Source of the DNA: Octopus vulgaris
Lineage: Eukaryota
NCBI GenBank assembly: GCA_951406725.2
Contig: OX597827.1
Span: 3,224,001 to 3,288,000, forward strand
DNA length: 64,000 nucleotides
Direction: 5' to 3'
Within the stretch, counting starts at the first letter, position 1, and each line of letters begins with the position of its first letter. A model generated the notes under the pieces. It worked only from the letters and a program-made list of their open reading frames with translations. It made no database searches and had not been told where the DNA came from. Of this stretch, positions 1 to 12,736 are shown one piece after another. The position numbers and the translations under genes were made by a program.

Positions 1-99
1 ATCCATCTATGGAGGAAAATGTGGTTTTGCTGATTAAGAAAATCAACTGCAGAAAGATACCAGGAATAGATGATGTCATTGTCGTTGTCGTCATCATCA

Positions 100-370
100 T
101 CAAACCCTGGACATTATTGTCTCAAGTCTTAGGAACCTTAGGGCCAGTTGCTCAGTTTCCATGGATTTCAAGTGACTGAGATCGCAACACTTCACTTGAA
201 TGGGACATTAGTTTGTTGCAAGGTTACCCATTTACAAGTGAGCAGACTGGAGTAACCTGAACTGAAGTGTTTTACTCAAAAACACGATGCACTACCCAGT
301 CCAGGAATTGAAACCACTATCTTATGATTTTGAGTGTAACAACCTGACCACTAGGCCATGTGCCTTCACT
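100..370 (-). mobile_element. tRNA-derived SINE with CORE-like body (family D), degraded
   Basis: Reverse strand reads GAAGGCACATGGCCTAGTGGTCAGG...GGTTTCAATTCC (A/B boxes), then GTGTTTTTGAGTAAAACACTT...CTCCAGTCTGCTCA; same head as 60444-60770. Confidence 0.75.
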
Positions 371-549
371 CATTAAATGATAGAACTGTTGGAAATTGTG
401 CATGAAAGGTTTGATGCACAAAATGCCAAATAGCTGGGAAGGCACTCGCAAACCACAAGACTGGAATGATGCAACTCTTGAGGTTCAAAGGCAAATTTCT
501 ATGTGCTTATTCTCATGGTATTATTTGACCAGGTTTTATGTAGACTATT

Positions 550-790
550 ATCTTTTATCCTTTACCTGTTTCACTCATTAAGACAGCAGCCATGCTGGAG
601 CATCACCTTGCAGAATTTCTAGTTGAATGAATTGACCTCAGTATTTATCTTTTTAAACCCTATTCCATTGGTCTCTTTTACTGAACCACTAAGTTGCAGG
701 GATGTAAACAAACCAACATCAGTTGTCAAGTAGTGGTGAGGACAAACACACACACATGCACACTCACACACACACACACACACACACATA
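550..790 (-). mobile_element. SINE family A, 3' half ending in its internal (CA)n
   Basis: Matches the reverse complement of 5230-5430 (GCCATGCTGGAGCA, GGTCTCTTTTACTGAACCACTAAGTT). Confidence 0.8.
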
Positions 791-840
791 TGTGCTCATG
801 ACTTAGTGTATAAGTAAGTATTTCATTTATTTCTTACTAT

Positions 841-965
841 ATTTATCGCTGACGAGGAGAAAATTCTCATGAATTAAGTCTGAAATTGGGACCGATACGA
901 TAATAACAACATTTTTTCGAAATTTCTGTCAGCTTACTTCGAGACGCATGCTTATAGTGATAAAT
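841..965 (+). ncRNA. hammerhead-like motif, probably a degenerate Penelope pLTR
   Basis: CTGACGA at 849-855, stem II GAGAAAAT/ATTTTTTC, GAAA at 919-922, GTC at 928-930. Stem I does not pair in the canonical register. Confidence 0.4.
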
Positions 966-1041
966 TATATGGTTATTGACGATTTGTCTATTTTCGGCAT
1001 ATTTGGCATTAGAAATTTTTCTTTTGCCCTTGTTTATAAGT

Positions 1042-1074
<33 letters not shown>

Positions 1075-1200
1075 CGGTGCCCCAGCATGGCCACAACTCA
1101 TTAGCTGAAACTGGAAAAATCAAAATCAAATATATATATATACACATATAGTTGAAAAAAGATTAGAGATCTATACAAATCAAACTTTTATATATAAAAG

Positions 1201-1597
1201 ATAGAAGTGGAAGTAGCAGAGAAGTAAATCTAAGACATTTCAATTTAAGAAGGAATTTAATAAAAGGATTTTAAAATTACATTAAGAAAATATTACTGGT
1301 TTTGGTGATGAATCTCATCTTATCAAATATCAGTAAAAATTTGAAGTAACAATAAATTTATCTTCTGTCTGGGGATCAAAAACAGTTTATATTCTGCCTG
1401 GGGGTCAAAATCAGTTTATCTTTTGTTTGGGGATATTTTCACTTCAAATTTTTATAAATTTTTACTGATATTTGATAAGATGAGATTCGTCATCGAAACC
1501 AGTAATATTTTCTTTATATCATTTTGAAATCTTTTTATTAAATTCCTTCTTAAATTGAAATTTCTTAGATTTACTTCTGCACTATTTCCACCTACAT
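1201..1597. repeat. foldback element: ~145-bp inverted arms around a 29-bp tandem repeat
   Basis: 1201-1347 is the near reverse complement of 1441-1597; the spacer holds TTTATCTTCTGTCTGGGGATCAAAAACAG about 2.7 times. Confidence 0.9.
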
Positions 1598-1905
1598 TAT
1601 CATCATCATCATCATCTTCATTTAGCGTCCGTTTTCCATGCTAGCATGGGTTGGACGGTTCAACTGGGGTCTGTGAAGCCGGAAGGCTTCATCAGGCCCA
1701 GTCAGATCTGGCAGTGTTTCTACGGCTGGATGCCCTTCCTAACGCCAACCACTCCGTGAGTGTAGTGGGTGCTTTTTACGTGCCACCCGCACAGGTGCCA
1801 GACAGAGCTGGCAAACGGCCACGAACTGATGGTGCTTTTACATGCCACCGGCACGGGGGCCAGGCGAGGCTGGCAACGGACACGAACAGATGGTGCTTTT
1901 ACATC
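1598..1905 (-). mobile_element. RTE LINE 3' UTR/tail fragment ending in (GAT)n
   Basis: Nearly identical to 43829-44120, which is joined to RTE coding sequence. Confidence 0.85.
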
Positions 1906-2580
1906 CATCAAATCCACTCACAAGGCTTTGGTCATCCTGAGGTTATCGTAGACGATACTTGCCTAAGATACCACGCAGTAAGACTGAACCCAGAACCATG
2001 TGGTTGGGAAGCAAACTTCTTACCACACAGGGGTTAATGAACTATACCTACTCCTCAATGCTACCCAAAATATAATCTGGTTTTAGATTAAGCAGGGTTA
2101 CTTTAGACATGACTCTCCTGGGGAGGCATCATCATCCTCATCAGCATCATTTTATGATGGCTTTCTATGTTGGCATGGATTGTATAGTCCAACAGAATGC
2201 AACAAGTCAGAAGAGCAAGTCTTGCTTGAAAGTCTCAATCATTACAGGGTTTCTATTGCTGGATAACTTTCCTAAGATCAACCACTATATGCATGATCAA
2301 AAGTTTTGTGTTTATTTCACCATGGGCCAGACATATATATGTTTAAAGCTATATTTAAAGGTTGGATGTATTTTTTATCACTAACCCTAATCAGTTTCTC
2401 AAGTAAGGGATATCTTAATTCATTAGACTACAGAGCTACAGGGAATATCAACAATATCACTGTTTTAAGCCCAGTTAGTCTCATGTATTAATTTAGAAAT
2501 GTCAAACTTTATAGATCCACATACATAAATAAATGTATGCACACACACTTGCATACATACACATACACACACATATAACC

Positions 2581-2838
2581 AAGGACAATGGAGTGAGCAA
2601 GTCCATTTATTTCATTGATTTACAATTGTTTCATCAAGCGTCAATCTCATGAGCATTGCCACATTACACAATATATGCAATCATGCATGATATTAGATGC
2701 AAATAAACACTATGCATGACACTTCATGTATCAACGGTCACATATATTGTGGCAAAATAATTTAGTAATGCTCATGAGCACTATGTTTGATGAAACAATT
2801 GTAAATCAATAAAAGAACTTGCTCGTTCCATTCTCCTT
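2581..2838. repeat. foldback element with ~75-bp inverted arms carrying a hammerhead half-motif
   Basis: 2581-2657 pairs with 2767-2838; the right arm has CTCATGAG...GAAAC-AATT-GTA followed by AATAAA. Confidence 0.8.
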
Positions 2839-3756
2839 CATTATGACTGTAGAAACACTGCAGATATTTGTGAATTTTTCAGGCAAGTGTTCGAATATAA
2901 CAAGCAATCTTCAGATTACTATCTGTCTGATGGCCTAGACTCATGGAAGAGCTTAATAGGGTAAACGCCAGGGTTAACACTTGGATAAAATTATATAGTT
3001 CTGTAATTGGTATAATGAGCAACAAAAGTACTCTGTCATTTAATAAACACAGGATTTCAATGAGAGCCGTTTGGAGCCTGAATGATAGCCTGATAATAAT
3101 ACATGGCATATTTGACTATGGTATCAATCAGAGGCATCAAATTTATAGCAGTTTACATTAAAATCTTGTGAGTACATTAAATTATATATGTAATGGGCTT
3201 CCATACAGCAGTTTTTAATAATCTAATTTCATTTACAAGGCATTGGTCAACTTGAGTGTATGGTAGAAGATATGTGTCCAAGCTGGATTGCAGCAAAACA
3301 GACCATAGAAGTGGATAAGTTTTGAAGCAAACTCGTATATATATAGCCATATATGTTCCTACATATCATAGATATTATATATAAATAAATATAGTACATA
3401 AATATTATAAGAATGCATGCCTCGGTGAATGAAACATAGATGTCTACTATCATATTGAACACATTCATGTATGCTTGAATGTGGGAAGATCTTTTGTTGC
3501 AGAACTAGCCTCAGAGGATGGCACAATGGGCGATCCAACACCTTTCTGGGTTACAAATAACTTCATCAGACTGTAGGATGCATGTATTTCTCTGTTGTTG
3601 CACTTTGTCAGTTAAGGACATTGAATCAGTCTTTGATTGTTCTCTGAGAATGGTTGTCCATATAAATAAAGACAGCAAGTGGTACGTTTACTGATGTGTA
3701 CACAGTTTGATCAACCTGCAATTAAATAGAGGTGTATGCATATGTATGTGTCTGCA

Positions 3757-3802
<46 letters not shown>

Positions 3803-5030
3803 AACACATAGATATGTACAGATACGTATATATATATATATTCACACACACACATATATACATAAATGTGTGCGTGCATTTGTGTGTGTGTGTGTAGATG
3901 TGTGAGCATGCATGTGTGTTTCTTCTTTTTTCTATTTGTATTTTCTTCAAAAAGTTACTTTGCTGGAAGTCAGGACATCGTTGTCATTTCCTAGCCAATA
4001 ATTTGTTAGCTGCCATCTGCTTTCAAAGATATATGGAATAAAAAAATTTCTGCCTTGAAAACAAGTAAGATTTGCTTAGGAAAGGCATCTGACTGTAAGT
4101 TAAAGCCTCACAAATATAGCCTTCTAACACATGCTAGCATGGAAAAACGAAATCAAATATACACCATGTGTGTGTGTATGTATCTATGTATGTATGTATA
4201 TATATATATATTATGCAAACACAAACAGGTACGGACATACACACATACATGCAATAGATAACAGGATTGCTTAAAACTGGCATAAAGCGTATAATATGAA
4301 TACATTTATATATATATATATGCAGAGAAAGAGAGAGAGAGAAAGACTGAGTGAGACCCCACATTTATACGTATATATTTGTGCATGTGTACATGTGTGT
4401 GTGAATGTATACACTCACACACACACACACATATATATATATATGCACACACATGCACATATATATAAATATATTTGTGAGTGTGTGTATGTGTGAGTGT
4501 GTGTGCATGTGTACATACATATAAAGATATGTAAATGGAAAAAAAAATGAAATGAAAGAAGAGATGCAAATTAGAGAAAAATGAAACAAAAAACTGATCC
4601 AATAATGGAAAGAAAACAAAATCTTGAGAATTATCAAAAAAAATCAAAAAAAGAGATTGCAAAGAAGAAATAACGACAGAGAATTTCCCAAAATAAGATT
4701 TAGAGAATTAAAACAAAAAGAATTGCTGCAAAACATGAATATTTAGAAAAAAAAGAAAGAAAAGAGGAAAAAATCTGTTCAAAGAAAAATATTATTACAA
4801 AATAGCAGAATAAAAGTAATTAAAGAGAACATTTTATTTTATTTCATATTCCATTAAAAAAGATAATGTCTTGGTGAAAATGAATGTAATGGCAGGGTGA
4901 CATGATAAGCAAAACCAAGAGGAAATTAAACGACAGCTGTTGTGGATGAAATCTAGAAATTCATGACATTATGATCTATGGATTTTGCATCAAGTCTACT
5001 ACCAACAAGGAGGTTTCTATGCAGTCGTTC

Positions 5031-5198
5031 AGCATAGGAGTGGCTGTGTGGTAAGTAGCTTGCTTACCAACCACTTGGTTCCATGTTCAGTCCCACTGCG
5101 TGGCACCTTGTGCAAGTGTCTTCTACAATAGCCTCGGGTCGACCAAAGCGATGTGAGTGGATTTGGTAGACGTATATATGTGTATATATATATATATC

Positions 5199-5235
<37 letters not shown>

Positions 5236-5430
5236 CTGTGTTTGTTCCCCCAATATCGCTTGACAACCGATGCTGGTGTGTTTACGTCCCCGTAACTTAG
5301 CAGTTCGGCAAAAGAGACCAATAGAATAAGTATTAGGCTTACAAAGAATAAGTCCTGGGGTCGATTTGCTCAACTAAAGGCGGTGCTCCAGCATGGCCGC
5401 AGTCAAATGACTGAAACAATAAAAAAAAAA
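5031..5430 (+). mobile_element. SINE family A, near full length (tRNA head, CORE-like segment, internal microsatellite, tail)
   Basis: A box TGGCTGTGTGG, B box GTTCAGTCCC, CCTTGTGCAAGTGTCTTC, internal (TA)/(TG)n, tail CAGCATGGCCGCAGTCAAATGACTGAAACAA. About 20 full or partial copies in the window. Confidence 0.9.
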
Positions 5431-5577
5431 TACAAGGAATAATAATAATAATAATAATAATCCTTTCTACAAAAGGCACAAGGCCTGGAATTTGAGGGAA
5501 GAGGGCTAGTTGATTACATCGACACCAGTGCATAACTGGTACTTCACTGTTTTTGTTGTGTAATGTTGGTCATTTTG

Positions 5578-6220
5578 CTTTCTAATAAGCAAGAATTTGT
5601 CAGAAAGCCTCCAGGAAAATGAAATGACCCACGTTACATGTCACAGACAGTGAAGTTAGTGGGTGAGAGTTTGATGCTTTGGGAATACATAATAAGTAAT
5701 GGTTCAGGAAAGTTGGTTAAAATTTATGGTAATTTGACTAGTGCCAAATACATCCAGTTGAAGAAAGGACAATTTGATACCAGATTTAGATGAAGGTGAG
5801 ATCTTTCAGCCTGACAGGGTTCAATGCCACAGATCAGGTGCAACACAACAGTGTCTGGCTGGTGAAGGAGCTACCGATTGAAAGATTGGCCAGCTCAGAG
5901 CCCTGACTTAAATATCATTCAGCAAATTTGGACAGAACTAAAGAGAAGAGTTTGTCAGAAGAATCCACACAATCTTGAAGAGTTGCAGGATCTCAGCCAC
6001 AGAGAATAGCATCTCATACCTGTGAAGATGGTGAAGGAATTGTACGCATCTCTTCCCAGGTACATTGAAGCAATTATTCAAGCTAAGGGAAGCCACATAA
6101 AATATTAACAATGTACAGTAACTTCTTGAAATGAACATTATGGAATAAACTTTCATTTTAGACATTTTTCTGTTTTAAAACACTGTATCTTGATTGGTTG
6201 CAAACTTTTGCACAGCCATT
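5578..6220 (+). mobile_element. Tc1-like transposon relic: transposase catalytic C-terminus plus 3' TIR remnant
   Basis: Manual translation gives TVKLVGESLMLW, EIFQPD, KDWPAQSPDLNIIQQIWTELKRRV (from 5881) and LYASLPRYIEAIIQAKGSHIKY*, with frameshifts and stops; end GGTTGCAAACTTTTGCACAGC. Confidence 0.9.
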
Positions 6221-6269
6221 TTTGGAGGTCGTTTCAGATCTTCCCCTTTCATTCAGAACCCCTACTACA

Positions 6270-6903
6270 AAATATAATGATTAGTCAACAAGGTGAAACA
6301 TGACTTGTGTAGTAGTACCATAGTCAACTACTACAAAGGTAAAGGTGATGCATTTGATACAAATAATTACAGAGGTATCAAGTTGTTGGATCAGGTAATG
6401 AAGGTCACAGAGAGGGTCATAGCCCAACTAATTAGGGAGAGAGTCAGCCTAGATGAGATGCAGTTTGGGTTCATGCCAAAGAAAAGCATCACTGATGCTA
6501 TATTTCTGGTAAGACAGCTGCAGGAGAAATACCTAGCCAAAGATAAACCTCTGTACCTGGAGAAAGCCTTTGACAGGGTCCCCCAATCCCTTATCTGATG
6601 GTCAATGCAGAAACTAGGGATAAATGAATGTGAGAGCTGTATAAGCCATGAACAGGGATGCTGTCAGTAAGGTGAGGGGTTGGCAACGAGTACAGTGAAG
6701 AATTCTGGGTAGGGGTAGGGGTCCACCAAGGATCAGTCCTCAGCCCCCTCTTATTCATCATAGTCCTCCAGGCAATAACAGAGGAATTTCAAGACAGGAT
6801 GCCCCTAGGAGCTTCTCTGTGCTGATGACCTTGCCCTAATTGCTGAGTCACTATCAGAACTAGAGGAGAAGTTTCAGGTGTAGAAGCAAAGATTAGAATC
6901 AAA
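6270..6903 (+). mobile_element. RTE-clade LINE reverse transcriptase fragment, disrupted
   Basis: YKGKGD..NYRGIKLL, QFGFMP, LEKAFDRVP, VGVHQGSVLSPLLF and LLCADDLAL RT motifs with stops and frameshifts. Confidence 0.93.
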
Positions 6904-7032
6904 CAAGTAGCACTGGGATCGAAGTAATCAACTTAACCCCTCCCTCAAAATTGCTGGGTTTGTGCCAAAGTTTGAAATTAATATATATATATATATCTGT
7001 AAAATAATATGTGACAATTATTCAATAGCCAA

Positions 7033-7093
7033 GATGAAACCCTGAGTTTCAGATGCCGAGGTGGAAATCCACACCACCATCTCTTTGGTTATC
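7033..7093 (-). ncRNA. decayed type I hammerhead motif in a short (TA)n-flanked insert (~6995-7110)
   Basis: Minus strand: GAUAA-CCAAAGA(for CUGAAGA)-GAUG..CAUC-U-GAAAC-UCAGG-GUU-UCAUC. Confidence 0.55.
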
Positions 7094-9654
7094 TAGCCAT
7101 CTGAACCATATATATATATATATATATATATATATGCTTTAAAATACAGCATTAAGCAAGTACAGAGTGAAGTAACAATTACTGAATAACAAAGGAAGCC
7201 AAGTCATGTAATTGATTCCATTAGTTTATGACTGTTTCTTTTATAGGAAGCAGCACACTTTTGAGTTGAGTGCTCGAGCAACATCTTTCAGTCCCTAAAA
7301 GTCATTAAAATCAAATTATGTTTATTTCAGCATTTAAGTACATAGAAATTTGCTTGTGTAATTCATGCTTCCTTATCATATATCTTATATATATATAAAA
7401 TATATATATATCTTTTATCTTTATCTTTTTACTTATTTAAGTCATTAGACTGTGGTCATACTGAGGCACATTGCCTCCTTGAACAAGACACTCCACTTCA
7501 TTTTACTTCAGTCTACTTTGCTACAAAATAATGCAATGCACCCTCAATCTACAATTGTCATATCCTGCTCCACTTTGATATATCACACTCACATGTCGTG
7601 ATAAAACAAAAACAAAAGTCTTAACAAATTGGTGGACCGCAAAATTCTAATTGGCAGTCTTTCACATTCCATTATTTCTGGCAGAAGCACTTTCCATTCA
7701 TTCAGTTAAAGAATGTATAATTAAGTTATTGTTAATTTACTTACAGTAGTGATCATAAAAATTGTAATCAAATTATAATTATTAGCTGAAACACCTCACA
7801 CCAAATAATTTTCTGTAAGTCACTAAATAATATTTACGCATTTAATTCTCCGTTCGTATAATTTTTCTGATATTATGTCTAATTTCCCTTTGCATCATTT
7901 TTATTTGTCTAATAGTACTCACTTGAAATTTAGATTAATAGCAAGCACACAAAAAAAACAGTGTTAGAATTTATGAAGAAATCAGGTATTACATTGGCTT
8001 AATTTAGCTGCATAAAAATCCTCAGTTTATCAGATATGTATATCTTGAGCTTTCGTTATCTTGCATGACAGTAAACTGGATCACATATCTAGTATGTAGT
8101 GGAGGAAATCATACAGCAAGGCTTATTGTAGTTCAGACATGTGATTGTATAACTTTTTATTTGCCCTACGTTACTTTACTATCAATATATTTATGTTTCA
8201 TTTTGTACATTTTAGTAGTAATAACCTATATAAACACGTAGTTACAGATGTAAAGGGATGGGAAATGATATATTTTCCCTCTCATTCATCATATGATCTA
8301 TGATAACATGAACAGTGATCTCAGCAAAAGAATTAATCATCGGAAATATTCAACAGATTTCATGCTACGGCCTTCACCATGTACTATAACAGTCTCCTAT
8401 AATGGTTATGGGCTGTTTTTTTTAACATTGTACACAACAATCAAGTTCTGTTGTTGAAGAAATATGGGACAAGTTTATATTTAATACAATTCACGTAAGT
8501 AAATTAAAATCACTTTTCTTCTTTGAAAAACACCCTACAAATATGAAAGGTCATAATGTGACTGGGGCTGGATTAAACTTGGAATTTTAAGAAATGTTCA
8601 TATTGATACATCTGTAGAAAGCACAAACAGGAAACACTATTGCACAATGTTAAAAAAAATGCTATCTTGTTGTGAATTAAATTTAGTTTTGTGTAGTAGA
8701 AATCTTCAATAATAAAGATCCCTAAAAATCACATTTTGATAAAAATATATTAAAATTAGAATTTTGAAGAATTATCACATTATAAAGTTTAATAATTGCT
8801 TCTTTTTTTAAAAATAAAAGTTACATACCCTCAACTAATTGATAAGCAGCTTTCTTCAATATAGTATAAATATGTTGAGAAAAAGACAAAACTAACTTAA
8901 TGATTAATATTATTTTAATTATTTCAGCAAGTATAGAAGATAACGTTGTATCACTGAGCTAATATTGTCTTTTCGTCACCATATGAATATTTTAAATTAG
9001 AATTTTGATATTTATTACATTAAATATAGTAACACTAGCTCAACTATTGTTTTTCATGCAGATGACACATTCAAGTAATTAACCCACAATAACTTAATTC
9101 TTTTTTGTTTTTCATAAAAGTTGGTATAGTCATGACAGAAATTTATCAGTTCTTATTTCCGTGATTGGAAGACTTTGCTCACATTCTCTCCAGCAATATA
9201 ATTATTCATAACTCCATAAAACTTTATCAAATAAATATTCTGATGAGATCCAGCTATCCTTCAGTGTTCCAGTTTATCAGAGCATTAATTTTTATGCATT
9301 CACTATTAAAGAATTCAACTGGGTATATGCTTAAGCCTTCAGCATCAAAAGAAAATCAATACCACCAACTTGTTGTTTGTGACACGAGGATCCAAGACAT
9401 TAACCTCTAAATAGCCATCAGACAATATGACTTCATAACAATGCACTTGAATTATATTGGAATGGAACTTGGTTAGGACAGGACAGATGAATATAAATTA
9501 TATGTGAAGTAAAACAAACAAGAGCAACCATTTACAGACTGTCATCATTGATTGTTATTTGCTCAATATTTACAAACGAAGCCTCAGGAAGACAAGAATT
9601 TATTGGCCCATCTTGTCAACATCTACAGATATATTTTCAAGTTGTAAACACTGT

Positions 9655-10240
9655 AATGGCTGTAATCATTAAGAAGCTCACTTTGCAACCATGTGGTGCC
9701 AGGTTCAGTCCTGCAGCACAGCACCTTGGGCTAGTGCTTTTTTATTGTTAGGTCAACCACTGCCTTGTGAGTGAATTTTGTAGGCAGAAGTTTTGTGGAA
9801 GCCCATCGTAGGTGTGTGGTGTGTGTGTGTATCATTGCACTTGTGCTTGTCTCTCCCCGTTAACACCCCGGACGAAATGCGAAGCCGTATTTCGTCTGCC
9901 GTTACGTTCTGAGTTCAAATCCGCCAAGGTCGACTTTGCCTTTCATCCTTTCGGGGTCGATAAATTGAGTACCAGTTACGCACTGGGGTCGATGTAATTG
10001 ACTTTATCCGTTTGTCTGTCCTTGTTTGTCTCCTCTGTGTTTAGCCCTTGTGGGTAGTAAAGAAAGAGGTGTTGGTTTGTTTACAACCTGGTAACTTAGT
10101 AGTTCTGAAAAAGGAGCTGTTAGAATAAGTTCAGATATGTATAAAACAAGTATGTGGGTGAGAGCAATTTATAGAACTAAACCCTTTAAGACAGTGTTCC
10201 AGCACAGCTGCAGCTCAATGACTGAATCAAATAAAAGACA
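9655..10240 (+). mobile_element. SINE A interrupted by a SINE B copy (~9858-10068)
   Basis: A head and tail flank a well-preserved B body GTCGACTTTGCCTTTCATCCTTTCGGGGTCGATAAATTGAGTACCAG. Confidence 0.85.
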
Positions 10241-10394
10241 TGATACACTTGTTTGTAATCTGTGGTCTATCTAGTTATCAGCAGCAGCTATGCGTCTATT
10301 TATTTAATATATAGAGAAAGTAGGGTCTAGCAAGAAGACAGACAAAATCAACTGACCCATCATTTTAACACCAATAGATGAATCTTCAAAGTGT

Positions 10395-10710
10395 ATAATG
10401 AAGAAGGGATGACCCAGGCTGTGGTAAAAAGGAAACTGCTTCATGAGATAAGGGCCAAGCAATTGAGATTTCTTGGTCATACGATGACGGAAGAGGGCCT
10501 GGAGAATTTAGCAATGATCAGAAAAATTGAAATGTAAAGAAACAAAGGAAGAGAGATGATATGGATGTCAAGCTTGGTGAACTCTTTGGAAGAAAAAGCA
10601 TTAAACAGCAAGAAGTGGAACTGTTGCAGAAAACAAAGAACAGAGAATTGTAGCAGGACATGATTGCCTATGTCCAACACTCTGGACACGGCACTTAAGA
10701 TGAAGATGCA
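10395..10710 (+). mobile_element. RTE (BovB-like) ORF C-terminus relic
   Basis: Translates EIRAKQLRFLGHTMTEEGLENLAM..KIE..GR..W...REL*QDMIAYVQHSGHGT*. Confidence 0.75.
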
Positions 10711-10960
10711 TCTTCAAGCTGCAAATATTGTTAAGCAATGTATCAACAGCAAACCACTGAGCTGTATAGTTAATACCTACAGTGGTCATTTCATTGACCC
10801 CAAAGCAGTGAAAGATGAATTCAAGGCCTTGTTTGGACATTATTAGTTTTTCATTCAAGTTTTTAAATAGTTGGTATTTCTCACTGCAGAATAGCAAAAA
10901 GAAAACAATAACAACAAATGAAACTGAAAGCAAATGTACAAGGTTAGTTATCTACTGATA

Positions 10961-11004
<44 letters not shown>

Positions 11005-11732
11005 TTGAGAAATGAGGGAAATCTCAAATGCATTTCTCAAATACCAATTCATTTGGCACTCAGCCTGGGGCTGAGCAAAGCCTGTATGACAGAAGTTCAA
11101 GGTGCCCTGCAGTGGGACTGAACCCCAAACCAAAAGGCTGGAAACTAAGATTCTTAACCACACAAACACAAGTACTTTTAGAGGGTTCAGTTAGAATCGA
11201 TTATATTGACTCAATATGTTATTGGTGCTTGTTATATTAACTCTGTAATGATGAAAGACTAAGTCAACTATGCCCTGGGTTAGAATTCAGAACAAAAGGG
11301 ATACAATAAAATGGATTTGGAGGGCCCACAAAGGCCACCAGCACAACCCCACATCCACCAGAGCAAGGCAATTAAAAAGAACAAAGAAAATGTAAGACAT
11401 TTGTTCTAAGTCTCTAATGATCCTGCCAATCAACTGCTCTATATGATAATTAAGCAAATAAAGAGGCTGTAATATATGTATTAAGTACAATTTACATTCT
11501 TCATAGGAGGCAATTACAAAATGTAAAACGTACATATGCACACCCCTTTCATTTACCCTCCCTTGTGCATGGCTATGTGGTTCAGAAGCTTGCTTAGTAA
11601 CCATGTGGTTTTGGGTTCAATCCCACAATATGGCACCTTGGGCTAGAGTCTTCTATTATAGCCTTGAAATGACCAATAGATTGTGAGTGAATTTGGGTTG
11701 GGGAGTTGTGTCAGACAAAATATGTAATAGAA

Positions 11733-11763
<31 letters not shown>

Positions 11764-12017
11764 CATTCGAGACGTAGAGTAGATGAAACCATGGTGACTG
11801 AAGAATGGTTTTTTTCTTTGTGTTAATTGTCCTGTACTCTATTTTTTTGTTGTTTAAAAAAATGTCCAGTTCCTTGGGTTTGTGTCTATGTTTTCGTTTC
11901 TCATTGTGTTCGACGTCTTTTTGGTGTCCTGTACTCATATATGCATGTATATATGCATGTAGAGGTAGGTACGTACATATATGTTTATATATATGCATAT
12001 ATTTTATTTTTTATTTA

Positions 12018-12049
<32 letters not shown>

Positions 12050-12054
12050 ACATG

Positions 12055-12495
12055 GTGTAGGCATGGGTGTGTGGTTAAAAAGCTTGCTATGAAACCATGT
12101 GGTTTCAGGTTCAGTCTCACTGCACAGCTCTTTCATCGCAGGTTGTCAACTATAACCCTGAACCAATCCATGGCTAGTGGGTGAATTTGGTAGACAGAAA
12201 TAGTGTGGAAGCCCACTGTCTGTTGTGTGTGTATATATATCTGTCTGTGCATATATGTGTGTTTGTGTGTCTGTGCGAGTATGTATGTATGAGTCTTTGT
12301 GTTTGTCCTCCATCCCAGCTTGAGAACTGGTGTTGGTTTGTTTATATCATTGGAACTTAGCAGTTTGATAAAAGTGACCAATAAAATAAGTACCTGACTT
12401 AAAAATAAGAACTGGGTTCTATTTGTTTGATTAAAGTTTTCAAGGTGGTGCTGCAGCATGACCAAATGACAAATTGCTGAAACAAGTAAAAGATA
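12055..12495 (+). mobile_element. SINE family A, full length, diverged
   Basis: Head, internal microsatellite and tail all align by eye to 5031-5430. Confidence 0.85.
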
Positions 12496-12627
12496 AATGA
12501 TAATGAAAAACAATCTGCCCTCCAAGAAATGAAAAGCCATCACTCTTTAGAGAATATGGTTTATTTTATTCTATAGGTGCTATTCAAAAATCTGTCACAT
12601 TCATACACATGAAAACATATAACCAAT

Positions 12628-12668
<41 letters not shown>

Positions 12669-12736
12669 ACACAAATATTGAACGGTGAAAATGAGTGCTT
12701 GACACTGCATTGGTAGATAAAGATTCTTTATATGTC

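Noticed and set aside
3535-3575. Minus-strand CTGATGAA-GTTA/TAAC-CCAGAAA hammerhead-like string
   Set aside because: Stems I and III do not pair, so it is indistinguishable from chance.
7082-7103. Possible mir-9 gene (16-nt match to miR-9-5p)
   Set aside because: The 3' part diverges, and (TA)n rather than a complementary 3p arm follows, so there is no pre-miRNA hairpin.
11765-11810. GAAAC-CATG-GTG-A-CTGAAGA in a (TA)n-flanked insert
   Set aside because: There is no room for stem I and no valid UH site. It may be a truncated pLTR, but that cannot be supported.
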